Assembly (NCBI GenBank): GCA_023390985.1
Contig: JAEWBU010000171.1
Coordinates: 9,708 to 73,707, forward strand
Reading direction: 5' to 3'
From: Pseudomonadota bacterium
Lineage (GTDB): Bacteria; Pseudomonadota; Gammaproteobacteria; Burkholderiales; Burkholderiaceae_C
DNA: 64,000 nucleotides
Below, one piece after another: positions 19,643-28,210 of this stretch. Under the pieces are notes generated by a model. That model was not told the DNA's origin, ran no database searches, and saw only the letters and a program-made list of their open reading frames with translations. Numbering within the stretch: the first letter of the stretch is position 1; each line of letters starts with the position of its first letter. Made by a program: the position numbers and the translations under genes.

Positions 19643-20071
19643 CTACGCGCCGCCGCCGCGCACGGCCCTGAGCGGGGTGACCACGGCACCGGGCGCGCCG
19701 CTCTCGCGCAGGAACTCCTGCAACTGCTCGGCCGAGGGAAACGTGCCGTGCTTCTTCATGTACTCGTCCTGGGCGCTGGTCAGCGGGAAGTTGATCTCCC
19801 CGTTGGGGCCGAACTTCATCGCCTCGACGGCGACAGCGTGCATTCCGCCCATGCCTTCGACGTTCTCGTGCAGGTAGCGAGCGGCCGCCAGGTCGCACAT
19901 CGCGTTGAACTCCAGGATGGAGCGCGGCTTGTAGGGGGCGCCGGTGGCGGCAACGAACTGCTGCCACTCGCTCTGGGACATGGTGATCATGCCGTCCACC
20001 GTGCCGGTGAACACGCTGTGGCGGGTATCGGAGACAAGCATCGTACTTCTCGTGTTGGCTGCATGGCTCAT
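19643..20071 (-). CDS. Hypothetical protein
   Basis: About 140 aa, strong codon bias, followed by a hairpin at about 19592-19617. Confidence 0.7.
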   Translation of the reverse strand: MSHAANTRSTMLVSDTRHSVFTGTVDGMITMSQSEWQQFVAATGAPYKPRSILEFNAMCDLAAARYLHENVEGMGGMHAVAVEAMKFGPNGEINFPLTSAQDEYMKKHGTFPSAEQLQEFLRESGAPGAVVTPLRAVRGGGA

Positions 20072-20143
20072 TGAGCCGATGCCATCAGCTTAGCAGCGGC
20101 CCTCGATCGCGCAAGCCGTGCGGGCCGGCCGCGGCCGCAGGTG

Positions 20144-20184
20144 GACCCGCAGCGCTGGTGCACCGGGAACTGCGAGCGCAAAAT
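20144..20184 (+). promoter_or_regulatory. GACCCGCAG-box promoter, copy 3
   Basis: GACCCGCAG-CGC-TGGTGC-N17-CAAAAT. Confidence 0.55.
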
Positions 20185-20231
20185 CGACCAGGTAACGCCC
20201 CTTGGCGTCTACGGGTGCGCACGTCGCACCC

Positions 20232-20288
20232 CATCAACATCCCCTTGCCGGGCGCCTATGTCGCCCGCTGGGCGCTCTGGTGCTTCCG
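20232..20288 (+). promoter_or_regulatory. Conserved structured 5' leader, copy 3
   Basis: CATCAAC, stem CGGGCG/CGCCCG, alternative downstream GGTGCTTCCG. Confidence 0.5.
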
Positions 20289-20310
20289 CGAGGATCTACC
20301 GGAGAATTCC

Positions 20311-20787
20311 ATGAATCATCCCCAGATCGCCAGAGCGGCGAGGCTGGACACCTCCGCGCTCGGCTCCATGCCGGCGCGCCTGGAGGCAAACACCGATCAG
20401 GAACGCGCACCCATCACCTTCGGCTGGTGGGCCCAGACCACGTGCGAGCGTGTGTCCAAGCACTTCCACCTGGAGACGCTGTACCGGCTCGATCGTGTGC
20501 AGCACGGCTCCCAGGCGATGCTCGTGCCCAGCCAGTTCTATGGCATGGGCGAAGCCGAGGCGCGCCAGTACCTGGCGCCCAGGCAGGCTGCCCTGCTTCC
20601 CAAGCTGCCCACCGGCTATCGCTGGATCGGGCCGCAACTGATCGAGAACGTCCCGGGCCTGCCGCGCACGGTGGCCGGCGCGTTCCCCGAAAACCTGCTG
20701 TCGCCGGCGGCTCGCCAGCGCCTGACTACCGCCAGGAACATCGCGGCCGCGGTGCTGCGCCGTCGTGGCGCACCGGCCTTGGCCTGA
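20311..20787 (+). CDS. Hypothetical protein
   Basis: GGAG RBS before ATG 20311. Confidence 0.7.
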   Translation: MNHPQIARAARLDTSALGSMPARLEANTDQERAPITFGWWAQTTCERVSKHFHLETLYRLDRVQHGSQAMLVPSQFYGMGEAEARQYLAPRQAALLPKLPTGYRWIGPQLIENVPGLPRTVAGAFPENLLSPAARQRLTTARNIAAAVLRRRGAPALA

Positions 20788-20848
20788 CGCTGTGGCCTGC
20801 TTAAGCAACGCAGCCAGCGACGAGCTGCTGGAGCGCGAAGGGTTCGAC

Positions 20849-21859
20849 ATGAACCTGCTGCGCGCCACGGCGACGCCGCCGGCCGACGCGCGGCCGAACT
20901 TGGCAAGCTACTCGCGAATCATCGTCGCCTTCAGCGGCGGCAAGGACGCGACCGCGCTCGTCCTGCGCCTGTTGGATGAAGGCGTGCCGCGCGAGAAGAT
21001 CGAGCTGCACCACCACCTGGTGGACGGCAACGAAGGCTCCACGCTCCTAGACTGGCCGATCACGGAGGGCTACTGCAAAGCCTTCGCGCAGGCTCTCGAT
21101 CTGGACATCACATTCAGTTGGAGGGTCGGAGGCCTGGAGCGGGAAATGTTGCGAGAGAACGCGCCCAGCGCACCAGCGATGGTGCCCGCCGAAGGAGGCG
21201 GCTACATCGCGGTCGGCGGCCGCGGCCCACTCGGCACGCGGCGCAAGTTCCCACAGGTCAGCGCCGACCTGAACGTTAGGTGGTGTAGCGGACGCGGGAA
21301 AATCGACGTCCTCGACGCGTACCTGCGTAACCATCCGAAGTTCATCGGCCAGCGCACGTTGGTGCTCACCGGCGAGCGTGCGGAAGAGAGCGCCGCGCGC
21401 TCGCGCTACGCGACCTTCGAGCCGCACCGGGCCGACACCCGCAACAGCAAGAAGGTGCCGCGCCACATCGATGTATGGCGCGCGGTGCACAGCTGGAGCG
21501 AGTCGCGCGTCTGGGAGATCATGCGCCAATGGCGCATCTGCGCGCACCCAGCCTACTGGCTCGGGTATGGCCGCTGCTCGTGTCGCGGCTGTGTGTTCTC
21601 CACGAAGAACCAGTGGGCGACGATGCGCGTAATTGCGCCCGCGCAGTTCGAGACCATCGCCACCTACGAGCGCGAGTTCAAGGTGACGATCCATCGCAGT
21701 AAATCGGTGACGCAGCTGGCCGACGCCGGCTCGCCGTACACGGCGCTGGACCCGAAGTGGATTGCGGTGGCGAACAGCCGCGAGTACACCCAGCCCATCT
21801 TCATCGACCCGTGGGTCCTGCCTGCTGGCGCATTTGGCGAAGCGGCCGGCCCCACCTGA
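20849..21859 (+). CDS. PAPS-reductase-family (PP-loop) protein
   Basis: IVAFSGGKDA PP-loop, RWCS, GERAEESAARS, HPAY..GYGRCSCRGC. Confidence 0.85.
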   Translation: MNLLRATATPPADARPNLASYSRIIVAFSGGKDATALVLRLLDEGVPREKIELHHHLVDGNEGSTLLDWPITEGYCKAFAQALDLDITFSWRVGGLEREMLRENAPSAPAMVPAEGGGYIAVGGRGPLGTRRKFPQVSADLNVRWCSGRGKIDVLDAYLRNHPKFIGQRTLVLTGERAEESAARSRYATFEPHRADTRNSKKVPRHIDVWRAVHSWSESRVWEIMRQWRICAHPAYWLGYGRCSCRGCVFSTKNQWATMRVIAPAQFETIATYEREFKVTIHRSKSVTQLADAGSPYTALDPKWIAVANSREYTQPIFIDPWVLPAGAFGEAAGPT

Positions 21860-21892
21860 ATCAACAACGCTCAACTACCGGAGAGAGCCCGC

Positions 21893-22141
21893 GTGAGCAT
21901 CATCATCGAAACGAACATCCCCGCGAGCACGCAGCGCACCGACTGGCCGAACGGCACCCGGTACATGGCTGGCGCTGGGCTGCACACCTTCACGATCCAG
22001 ACGCACGTGACGGTGCCGCACCACGTCGACGAGAAAGGACCCCTCGCCGTGGCCGAGTTCATCCGCGACGAGATCACCGCCGGCCGCGCCGACTTCACCA
22101 TCCTGGTGGGCGAGGCCGACGAGGACGAACACGGCGAGTAA
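21893..22141 (+). CDS. Small hypothetical protein
   Basis: GGAGAG RBS, GTG start, followed by a terminator. Confidence 0.65.
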   Translation: MSIIIETNIPASTQRTDWPNGTRYMAGAGLHTFTIQTHVTVPHHVDEKGPLAVAEFIRDEITAGRADFTILVGEADEDEHGE

Positions 22142-22159
22142 GCCGACCCCAACGAGTTC

Positions 22160-22190
22160 AAAGCCGCCCTTCGGGGCGGCTTTTCTTTTT
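22160..22190 (+). terminator. Intrinsic terminator
   Basis: AAAGCCGCCC-TTCG-GGGCGGCTTT followed by TCTTTTT. Confidence 0.85.
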
Positions 22191-22426
22191 GAGGCCCTTC
22201 TCGCTCGTCGGGTACTGCTACTGGATCTTCGTGCACGAATCGCAGGCCCGTGATACCTTGGCTCTCGCGTTCTGGAAGGAGCCACGTAATGCCGGAAGAC
22301 GATGTGGCGGCCGCAGCGACGACTGAGGCGCACCAAAGGAAAAAGGCCGCGGTCCCGGAGGACAGCGGCCTTTTGCTCATTGATGAAGGTGAAGCGTGCG
22401 AGATCGCCGCGGCGGGCCTGAGCGAA

Positions 22427-22633
22427 TCAGGCAGCGCGGCGCGCACGTGCGGGTGCAGGAACGGTGGCCAGAAACGTCTCCACCTTGCGGCGGATGTTGT
22501 TCAGGCGGACCTGGTCCTGCGGGCCGTCGCCGGCGCGCTTGGCTGCGAACAGCCACTGCGCATCAGCGATCGACACACCCGCTTTGGCCAGAAGGGCAGC
22601 GCCCTTGAGGCAAGGATCGTTGGCGGCAACCAT
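22427..22633 (-). CDS. Small hypothetical protein
   Basis: GGAGAG RBS before ATG 22633; minus-strand terminator-like hairpin at about 22340-22374. Confidence 0.4.
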   Translation of the reverse strand: MVAANDPCLKGAALLAKAGVSIADAQWLFAAKRAGDGPQDQVRLNNIRRKVETFLATVPAPARARRAA

Positions 22634-22976
22634 TCGGACTCTCCAATCAAGCAGGGCACGGCGCCCTGTCTGAACTCTGGAAACCCAAAGCACACACAGG
22701 ACGCCGCGACCCTTCCGCATGGAGAGTGCTGCCAATCGAAGCTGAAACGGCACGGCTGTGGAGAGTCCAAGCGCGGTTCCCGAGGGAACGGTAGCGGACG
22801 AAAGTGCCGATTCAGCAGGGAAGCTGCGCGAAGCAGCTAGAGGGTGACCGCCGGGGCGGTGAGTGGAGTCCTGAACGGAAACCACCAGTTGAATGCAGTC
22901 ACAGGGACTGCGATTGACGCAGGGTCAAACGAGCCTCAAGCATAGCAGGAATTCCCAAAGCGACGAGGTAGTTCGA

Positions 22977-23639
22977 TCAGCGCGCCGCATCCGTCAGCGT
23001 GAGCTTGTGGCGCAGCCACCGCGCGTCGCCCAGGCGGATCAGCTGCAGCGCCGCACCGCGCACTCTCCTGGGGGTCGCATCGACACCCTCGGCGAGCGAC
23101 AGGTGGCAGGCGAGGTCGATTTCCGTCATGGGCCCGTGGTGGCGCAGGACGCGCTCGACGTGCCAGGTCAAGCCTCGCACAGGGACGCTGCCGATCGAGC
23201 GAACATAGTAGGCAACGCCCTCCTCGTCCGCCAAGGCCATGAGCTGATTGACGTCGAATTCCAGCCAGCGGCAAGCCAGCCCCAGCAGCACCCCGACGAA
23301 GCGCGGCCCATGCGCCTCGTCTCCAGGCGTCAGCCGGTGAGCGAGTTCATGCAGGATCATCCAGCGGCTTCGCGTCCAGCGCGGAAGGGTGATGCGGTGA
23401 TCGGCATGGGCCAGCGCGCGGCGCTGGCCACGGTGCGGCCGCTCGATGGTGGGCGCTGCGCGTCTCGCGAGGCCCACCCGCCCGCGTTCCTTGCGCCAGA
23501 TCGGCTCTGCGTAGGAGGCGCATTCGGCGAGCGAGTCGAACTCGGCGATAGAAATGTCGCTGTGCCCGAGCTCTCTCACGCAGCGCCTCTCCCAGGCGTA
23601 GACCCTGGAGCGCTGGTTGTCTCTGCCGCGCATCTTCAT
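22977..23639 (-). CDS. SprT-like zinc metallopeptidase-domain protein
   Basis: ILHELAH...HGPRF (HExxH plus a downstream H). Confidence 0.7.
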   Translation of the reverse strand: MKMRGRDNQRSRVYAWERRCVRELGHSDISIAEFDSLAECASYAEPIWRKERGRVGLARRAAPTIERPHRGQRRALAHADHRITLPRWTRSRWMILHELAHRLTPGDEAHGPRFVGVLLGLACRWLEFDVNQLMALADEEGVAYYVRSIGSVPVRGLTWHVERVLRHHGPMTEIDLACHLSLAEGVDATPRRVRGAALQLIRLGDARWLRHKLTLTDAAR

Positions 23640-23929
23640 GCGACGGTCTCCCGCGAGGCGCGGCACTCCCGAACGTCCGGGAACACCTGCATGTCCGCGA
23701 ACGCCTCGACCTTGTTCGTGTCGCTCATGCGCATCAGCACCGCCGCCGCGCCCGGGGTGGCGCGCAGATGCACAACGCCCACGAGCACACCGCGGCGGCC
23801 GTGTTGCACGCTGCCTGCCCCAACGAAGTAAGGCACGGGTTCGGGCATGGGCTCGACATGGACCATGCGCAGGATGTCTTCGGCGGTGATTCCGCAGGCG
23901 TCCATGCGCCTTTGCAAGGCCGACGCCAC
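23636..23929 (-). CDS. Hypothetical protein
   Basis: Fills the gap between coupled genes. Confidence 0.5.
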   Translation of the reverse strand: MASALQRRMDACGITAEDILRMVHVEPMPEPVPYFVGAGSVQHGRRGVLVGVVHLRATPGAAAVLMRMSDTNKVEAFADMQVFPDVRECRASRETVA

Positions 23930-23930
23930 A

Positions 23931-24272
23931 TCAGCCCCGCGCAGCCAGCACGCGCTCGATCTCCGCGCGCACGGCGGACTCACTGAGCTCCCAGCAGTTG
24001 GCCGTCTGCGGGATGGTCGCGATCAAGCGCACCTTGACCTCCTGATACACCTGCAGGGCGGTCGCGTCGTCGGCGACCGTGGCGCAGATGCCCAGGGCGG
24101 CCTGCGCCGGGCCGGAACCGGCGTAGCCCCAGTCGAAGCCGTCGGGCGAGTGGTTGCGCAAGTCTAGCCGCGGGGCCAGTTCGCGCTCCTGGCCGGCCGC
24201 GTCCCGGACGTAGATCGTCGCACCGTCGCATTCGCGCCGGCCGATGAAGGTTTTCTGTTGTGGCATCCGCAT
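23931..24272 (-). CDS. DUF6166-like protein
   Basis: NHSPDGFDWGYAGSGPAQAAL signature. Confidence 0.7.
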   Translation of the reverse strand: MRMPQQKTFIGRRECDGATIYVRDAAGQERELAPRLDLRNHSPDGFDWGYAGSGPAQAALGICATVADDATALQVYQEVKVRLIATIPQTANCWELSESAVRAEIERVLAARG

Positions 24273-24341
24273 GTTTCTGGGAAGTTGCGATCAGGTTCCC
24301 ATGGAAGACGCGGCTGTCAACCCGACCGCGAACGTGCGAGC

Positions 24342-26480
24342 TCACACCACCAGGGCCTGCTCCGCGCCCTGTTCCCGCTCGATCAGCCGATACGGCGGGA
24401 GGCCGCGCAGGAGCCTGCGCCCGTAGCCCTTCTCGGTCAGGCGACTGTCGTAGCAGGTGATCGTTGCTGTGTCCGTCTCGTTGCGAATGCCGCGGCCGGT
24501 CCACTGCAGCAGGCGCACGCCGGCTGAAGGAACGACCACCTGGTCGAAGTAGTCGCCACCGGTTTCCTCGACGTACTCGGCCCGTGCCTCGCTCACCGGG
24601 TTGGCCGGGCTGCCGAAGGGCAGCTTCGTGATCCACAGATGCCGGCATAGATCGCCCGGCAGATCCAGACCCTCCCCGAAGGACTGCAGGCCCATGATGA
24701 CGCTTGCCTGGCCCGCCTGCACTCGGCGCCGATGCTCGGCCAGCAGCATGCTCCTAGGCATGGTGCCCTGCACCAGCACCCGCTCGCGCAGATGCTCCGG
24801 CAGCGCCTCGAACGCCTGCGTCATGTGCCGGCGGGATGTGAAAAGCGCCAGACCGCCAGCCTGAGCACCAGCGATGTCATCGGCAAGCAGCTGCGCGACT
24901 TCGGTGTTGTACGCATCCAGGTGCCGCGGAGCGCTCGCCGTCTTGCGCACCACCAACTGCCCCTGCTTGACGTAGTCGAACGGAGATTGCACCGTCGATG
25001 TACGCACCGCCGGATCGCCATCCAAGCCGGCCTCGGCCTTGAAGAACCCGAACGAGCCGCACGTGGCCAGGGTCGCCGAAGTCAGGACCGCGCCGCGCAC
25101 CCTGCCCCACAGGTTCAAGCGCAGCAGATCGCCAGGGAGGATTGGGGAGGCGTGCAGGCGGACCGCGACCATGCGGCCCGCCCGAGCATCGACCGAGACC
25201 CACTTCGCCGTCGTGCGCGCGTCCTCGCCATCGGCCAACAACATGTCCGCGGCCCGCTTCACGCGGGATAGCCGACCGGCTAAGGCGCCGAGGTCAGCGT
25301 ACATCGAGGCCAGCGCAGGCGGTGCCGTGCCCCCTGCTTCCTGGATCGCCCCACGCGCTGCCTGCCCGAGAGTCGTGCAGACCTCCAGCAGTTCGGTTGC
25401 TCGCGCCTGGGCCATCCTCAGCGGCTCGCGCAGCAGCGCGTCGATCTCCTGCTCCTTGAGCCGGCGCACGCCGTCTTTCTCGCGCATGCCAGAGGCAAGG
25501 TTGTCGAAGGTGATCTGGCCAGAGTCTTGCAGCGCCGCACGAAGCTCGCGGACGATCTTGTCCACTGGCCTGTCGACTTTCTGGGCCAACTGCCGCATAC
25601 CGGTCACGACGGCCAGCGTGGCGCGGTCCAACCACCGAAGGCGCGACAAGTCCAGCTCGCATGCGAACTGCTCGGCCGCGGTCTGGGGAAGAGCGTGAGC
25701 CTCATCCAGCACCAGCAGGCAGTTGTCCAACTCCGGCAGCAATCGCGTTCCTATGCTGGAAAGGAGCAGGTCGTGGTTCACCACGAGCACGTCGGCCTCT
25801 GCGAGTCGTCGGCGCGCGGCGAAGTACGGGCAGGCCTGGTACTGCGGGCAGGACTTGCCGGTGCACGTGTGGCGGTCAGCTGCAACGTTGTCCCACAGGT
25901 TGGGCGGCGCCGGCTCCACCAGGCTGTCCCGGTCACCATCCCATGACCGCTGCTCCAAGGCCTGGGCCGCGGAACGGTAGAACACCACGGCGGCCTCGGG
26001 CTGGGCTGCAGACACTGGCGCCGCGTCTTCTCCGGTATCGACGGACTCGTCCCCACCGCCCACTCTGGACGCAAGCCGGGTCAGGCAGATGTATCGCCCC
26101 CGCCCCTTTGCCAACGCGAACTTGGGCGCGGGATCCATCGTGGCGGCAAGCATTGGGAGGTCCTTGCCAATGAGCTGCTCTTGAAGGGCGACGGAACTGG
26201 TCGAGACCATCAGCCGCGTCTTCCTGGCCATGGCGATTGCCGCGCCGACCAGGAGGTAGGCCGCCGACTTGCCGACGCCGGTGCCGGCTTGCACCACGGC
26301 GATGCTGCGTAAAGGGGCTTCGCCGGTCTCGCCCAGCTGCGCTGTGGCCAGCGCACGCGCGACCTCCTGGGCCATCGCGCGCTGGCCTGAGCGCTCACGA
26401 AAAGACGGCAGGTTGCCCACGGCACGCTCGTATGCGGCCATGCCAACGTCGATCAGTGGTTGCGGGGCAGTGCTGGTCAC
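24342..26480 (-). CDS. dinG: DinG-family Fe-S DNA helicase
   Basis: Q motif ERSGQ, AGTGVGKS, KGRGRYIC, CTGKSCPQYQACP, DEAH, SFGEGLDLPG, QWTGRGIR. Confidence 0.9.
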   Translation of the reverse strand: MTSTAPQPLIDVGMAAYERAVGNLPSFRERSGQRAMAQEVARALATAQLGETGEAPLRSIAVVQAGTGVGKSAAYLLVGAAIAMARKTRLMVSTSSVALQEQLIGKDLPMLAATMDPAPKFALAKGRGRYICLTRLASRVGGGDESVDTGEDAAPVSAAQPEAAVVFYRSAAQALEQRSWDGDRDSLVEPAPPNLWDNVAADRHTCTGKSCPQYQACPYFAARRRLAEADVLVVNHDLLLSSIGTRLLPELDNCLLVLDEAHALPQTAAEQFACELDLSRLRWLDRATLAVVTGMRQLAQKVDRPVDKIVRELRAALQDSGQITFDNLASGMREKDGVRRLKEQEIDALLREPLRMAQARATELLEVCTTLGQAARGAIQEAGGTAPPALASMYADLGALAGRLSRVKRAADMLLADGEDARTTAKWVSVDARAGRMVAVRLHASPILPGDLLRLNLWGRVRGAVLTSATLATCGSFGFFKAEAGLDGDPAVRTSTVQSPFDYVKQGQLVVRKTASAPRHLDAYNTEVAQLLADDIAGAQAGGLALFTSRRHMTQAFEALPEHLRERVLVQGTMPRSMLLAEHRRRVQAGQASVIMGLQSFGEGLDLPGDLCRHLWITKLPFGSPANPVSEARAEYVEETGGDYFDQVVVPSAGVRLLQWTGRGIRNETDTATITCYDSRLTEKGYGRRLLRGLPPYRLIEREQGAEQALVV

Positions 26481-26529
26481 GCAACCAGAGTCGCATGCGT
26501 CCGAAGAAGTTCAAGCGCTGGAGGTTCGA

Positions 26530-26570
26530 GACCCGCAGGAGTGGCGGCGCGCGGCTGTCACCGTGAAAAT
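26530..26570 (+). promoter_or_regulatory. GACCCGCAG-box promoter, copy 4
   Basis: GACCCGCAG-GAG-TGGCGG-N17-GAAAAT. Confidence 0.55.
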
Positions 26571-26765
26571 CGAACCGCATTCCTTCTTGGAGCGTGCTGG
26601 GACCCCCCAGCCATCACCAGGCCCGTCATCAAGGGCCAGAGGACGCGCCGTCCAACGGACAGCACGCGCCTCTCCTTCCAAACTTGCGCACCGCCCGCCT
26701 CCTCGCGTGAGGCGCGGCGCAGCGCCCTCTTCCGCCCGATCTCGGGCAACAAACCGGAGAAACTC

Positions 26766-27386
26766 ATGGAAGCGTCCAAAGACGCCCCTGCCAGCGCCCC
26801 GCTGGCCAACACGCCGAGCCGCAACCTGATCGCCCTGCTGAGGGATCGGGGATTGGCTCCCTTGCTGCGCGCGCTGCTGCTGAACGAGATCAACCAGCTG
26901 CGCGGCATCTCCCCTGCCTACTTCACCTACGAGCTGGAAGGGGAAGAGATCATCGTCAGCGACGGCGACCTGGCAAGCATCCTCCAGATCCTGCGCGAGG
27001 CCACGTGCCGTCCGAAGCTGGACACCGTCGACGTGGTGTTGCCCGGCCTCAAGGGCCAGATCTGCAAGCAACTCACGGGCGACCATCGCGACGCGGTGGT
27101 CAGCACCATCCTGGACCTGTTCTTGAACGAGGACCTGACCGACCAGGTGTCGCCTGCACAGACGGAAGCGAAGACGCCGCTCAAGCCCGGCGAATACCGC
27201 CTCCTGCGCCAAGCCGCGCCGGGACGGCTCACCACCGGCGACCTGCTGGAGCACTACCGCCTGGGCGAGGTCAAGATCATCGACATCCACGCGGCGCACA
27301 CCATCGACGTGATGAGCATCGACGGCGCGGAACGCTGCTGGCGCCTGAGTGGGCTGTCCTGGGCACCCAATTCCCCGGCGGCCTGA
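26766..27386 (+). CDS. Hypothetical protein
   Basis: GGAG RBS before ATG 26766. Confidence 0.7.
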   Translation: MEASKDAPASAPLANTPSRNLIALLRDRGLAPLLRALLLNEINQLRGISPAYFTYELEGEEIIVSDGDLASILQILREATCRPKLDTVDVVLPGLKGQICKQLTGDHRDAVVSTILDLFLNEDLTDQVSPAQTEAKTPLKPGEYRLLRQAAPGRLTTGDLLEHYRLGEVKIIDIHAAHTIDVMSIDGAERCWRLSGLSWAPNSPAA

Positions 27387-27413
27387 CAACTCAACGCCTC
27401 TGCAAACTGCCAC

Positions 27414-27448
27414 AAGGCCTCAACCGGTTCCGGTTGGGGCCTTTTTTT
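27414..27448 (+). terminator. Intrinsic terminator
   Basis: AAGGCCTCAACCGG-tt-CCGGTTGGGGCCTT followed by a T run. Confidence 0.8.
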
Positions 27449-27463
27449 GTGTCGAGGAAGCCA

Positions 27464-27504
27464 GACCCGCAGGAGGTGCGCCGCCCGCGCAGAGCGGCTA
27501 GATT
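27464..27504 (+). promoter_or_regulatory. GACCCGCAG-box promoter, copy 5
   Basis: GACCCGCAG-GAG-GTGCGC-N17-TAGATT. Confidence 0.6.
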
Positions 27505-27548
27505 CCTCGCCGTACGCCTTCGCGCGACAACGCCGGCCACGCGCCGGA

Positions 27549-27603
27549 CATCACCAACCCTTCCGGGTAGCCACGCTGCCCCGGAAGGGGTGCTGGCTTC
27601 CCG
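27549..27603 (+). promoter_or_regulatory. Conserved structured 5' leader, copy 4
   Basis: CCCTTCCGGG/CCCGGAAGGG stem; CGGGTAGCCA alternatively pairs with TGGCTTCCCG. Confidence 0.6.
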
Positions 27604-27620
27604 TCTTTCGACGAGGAACC

Positions 27621-28085
27621 ATGAACCACAACCCCGCAAGCGCCGACTCGGCCGATGACGATGCGGTAATCGCACGCGCCCTATCCATCTTGGAGGCGCG
27701 GATGCGCAGGGCCAACTTGAGCGCGCCCAATGCGGCAAAGGACTACTGCCGCCTCCAGCTGGGCGGACTGGACCACGAAGTGTTCGGCGTCATCTTTCTC
27801 GACGCGCAGAACCGGCTGATCGAGTTCCGGCGCATGTTCGCCGGCACGCTCACGCAAACGAGCGTGTACCCGCGCGAGATCGTGAAGGCCGCGCTGAAAG
27901 TCAATGCCGCCACGGTCGTCCTGACGCACAACCACCCGAGCGGCACCGTGATGCCCTCGCGCGCCGACCAGGCGCTCACGCAGACGTTGCGATCGGCGCT
28001 TGCGCTGGTGGACGTGAGGGTGATGGACCACATCGTGGTCTCCGCATCCGATACCTACTCGTTCGCCGAACGGGGGCTGCTCTGA
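27621..28085 (+). CDS. radC: RadC-family JAB domain protein
   Basis: HEVFGVIFLD, GTLTQTSVYPRE, HNHPSG..PSRAD, DHIVV. Confidence 0.92.
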   Translation: MNHNPASADSADDDAVIARALSILEARMRRANLSAPNAAKDYCRLQLGGLDHEVFGVIFLDAQNRLIEFRRMFAGTLTQTSVYPREIVKAALKVNAATVVLTHNHPSGTVMPSRADQALTQTLRSALALVDVRVMDHIVVSASDTYSFAERGLL

Positions 28086-28135
28086 TGGCCCCCCTGACCG
28101 CGACTACGACACCGCCGGCCGCGCGCCTGCAGTTA

Positions 28136-28187
28136 CCCAACCCGTTCGGGGAGCCTCACGCTCCCCGTTGGGATACGTGCGATTCCC
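28136..28187 (+). promoter_or_regulatory. Conserved structured 5' leader, copy 5
   Basis: CGGGGAGC/GCTCCCCG stem; loop CACG pairs with downstream CGTG..TTCCC. Confidence 0.55.
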
Positions 28188-28210
28188 TGTCCAACCAACA
28201 AGGAACGCAA

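Noticed and set aside
28085..28210. N-terminal extension of the PAPS-reductase ORF (start 28085)
   Set aside because: The region holds a structured leader copy and an RBS before ATG 28211.
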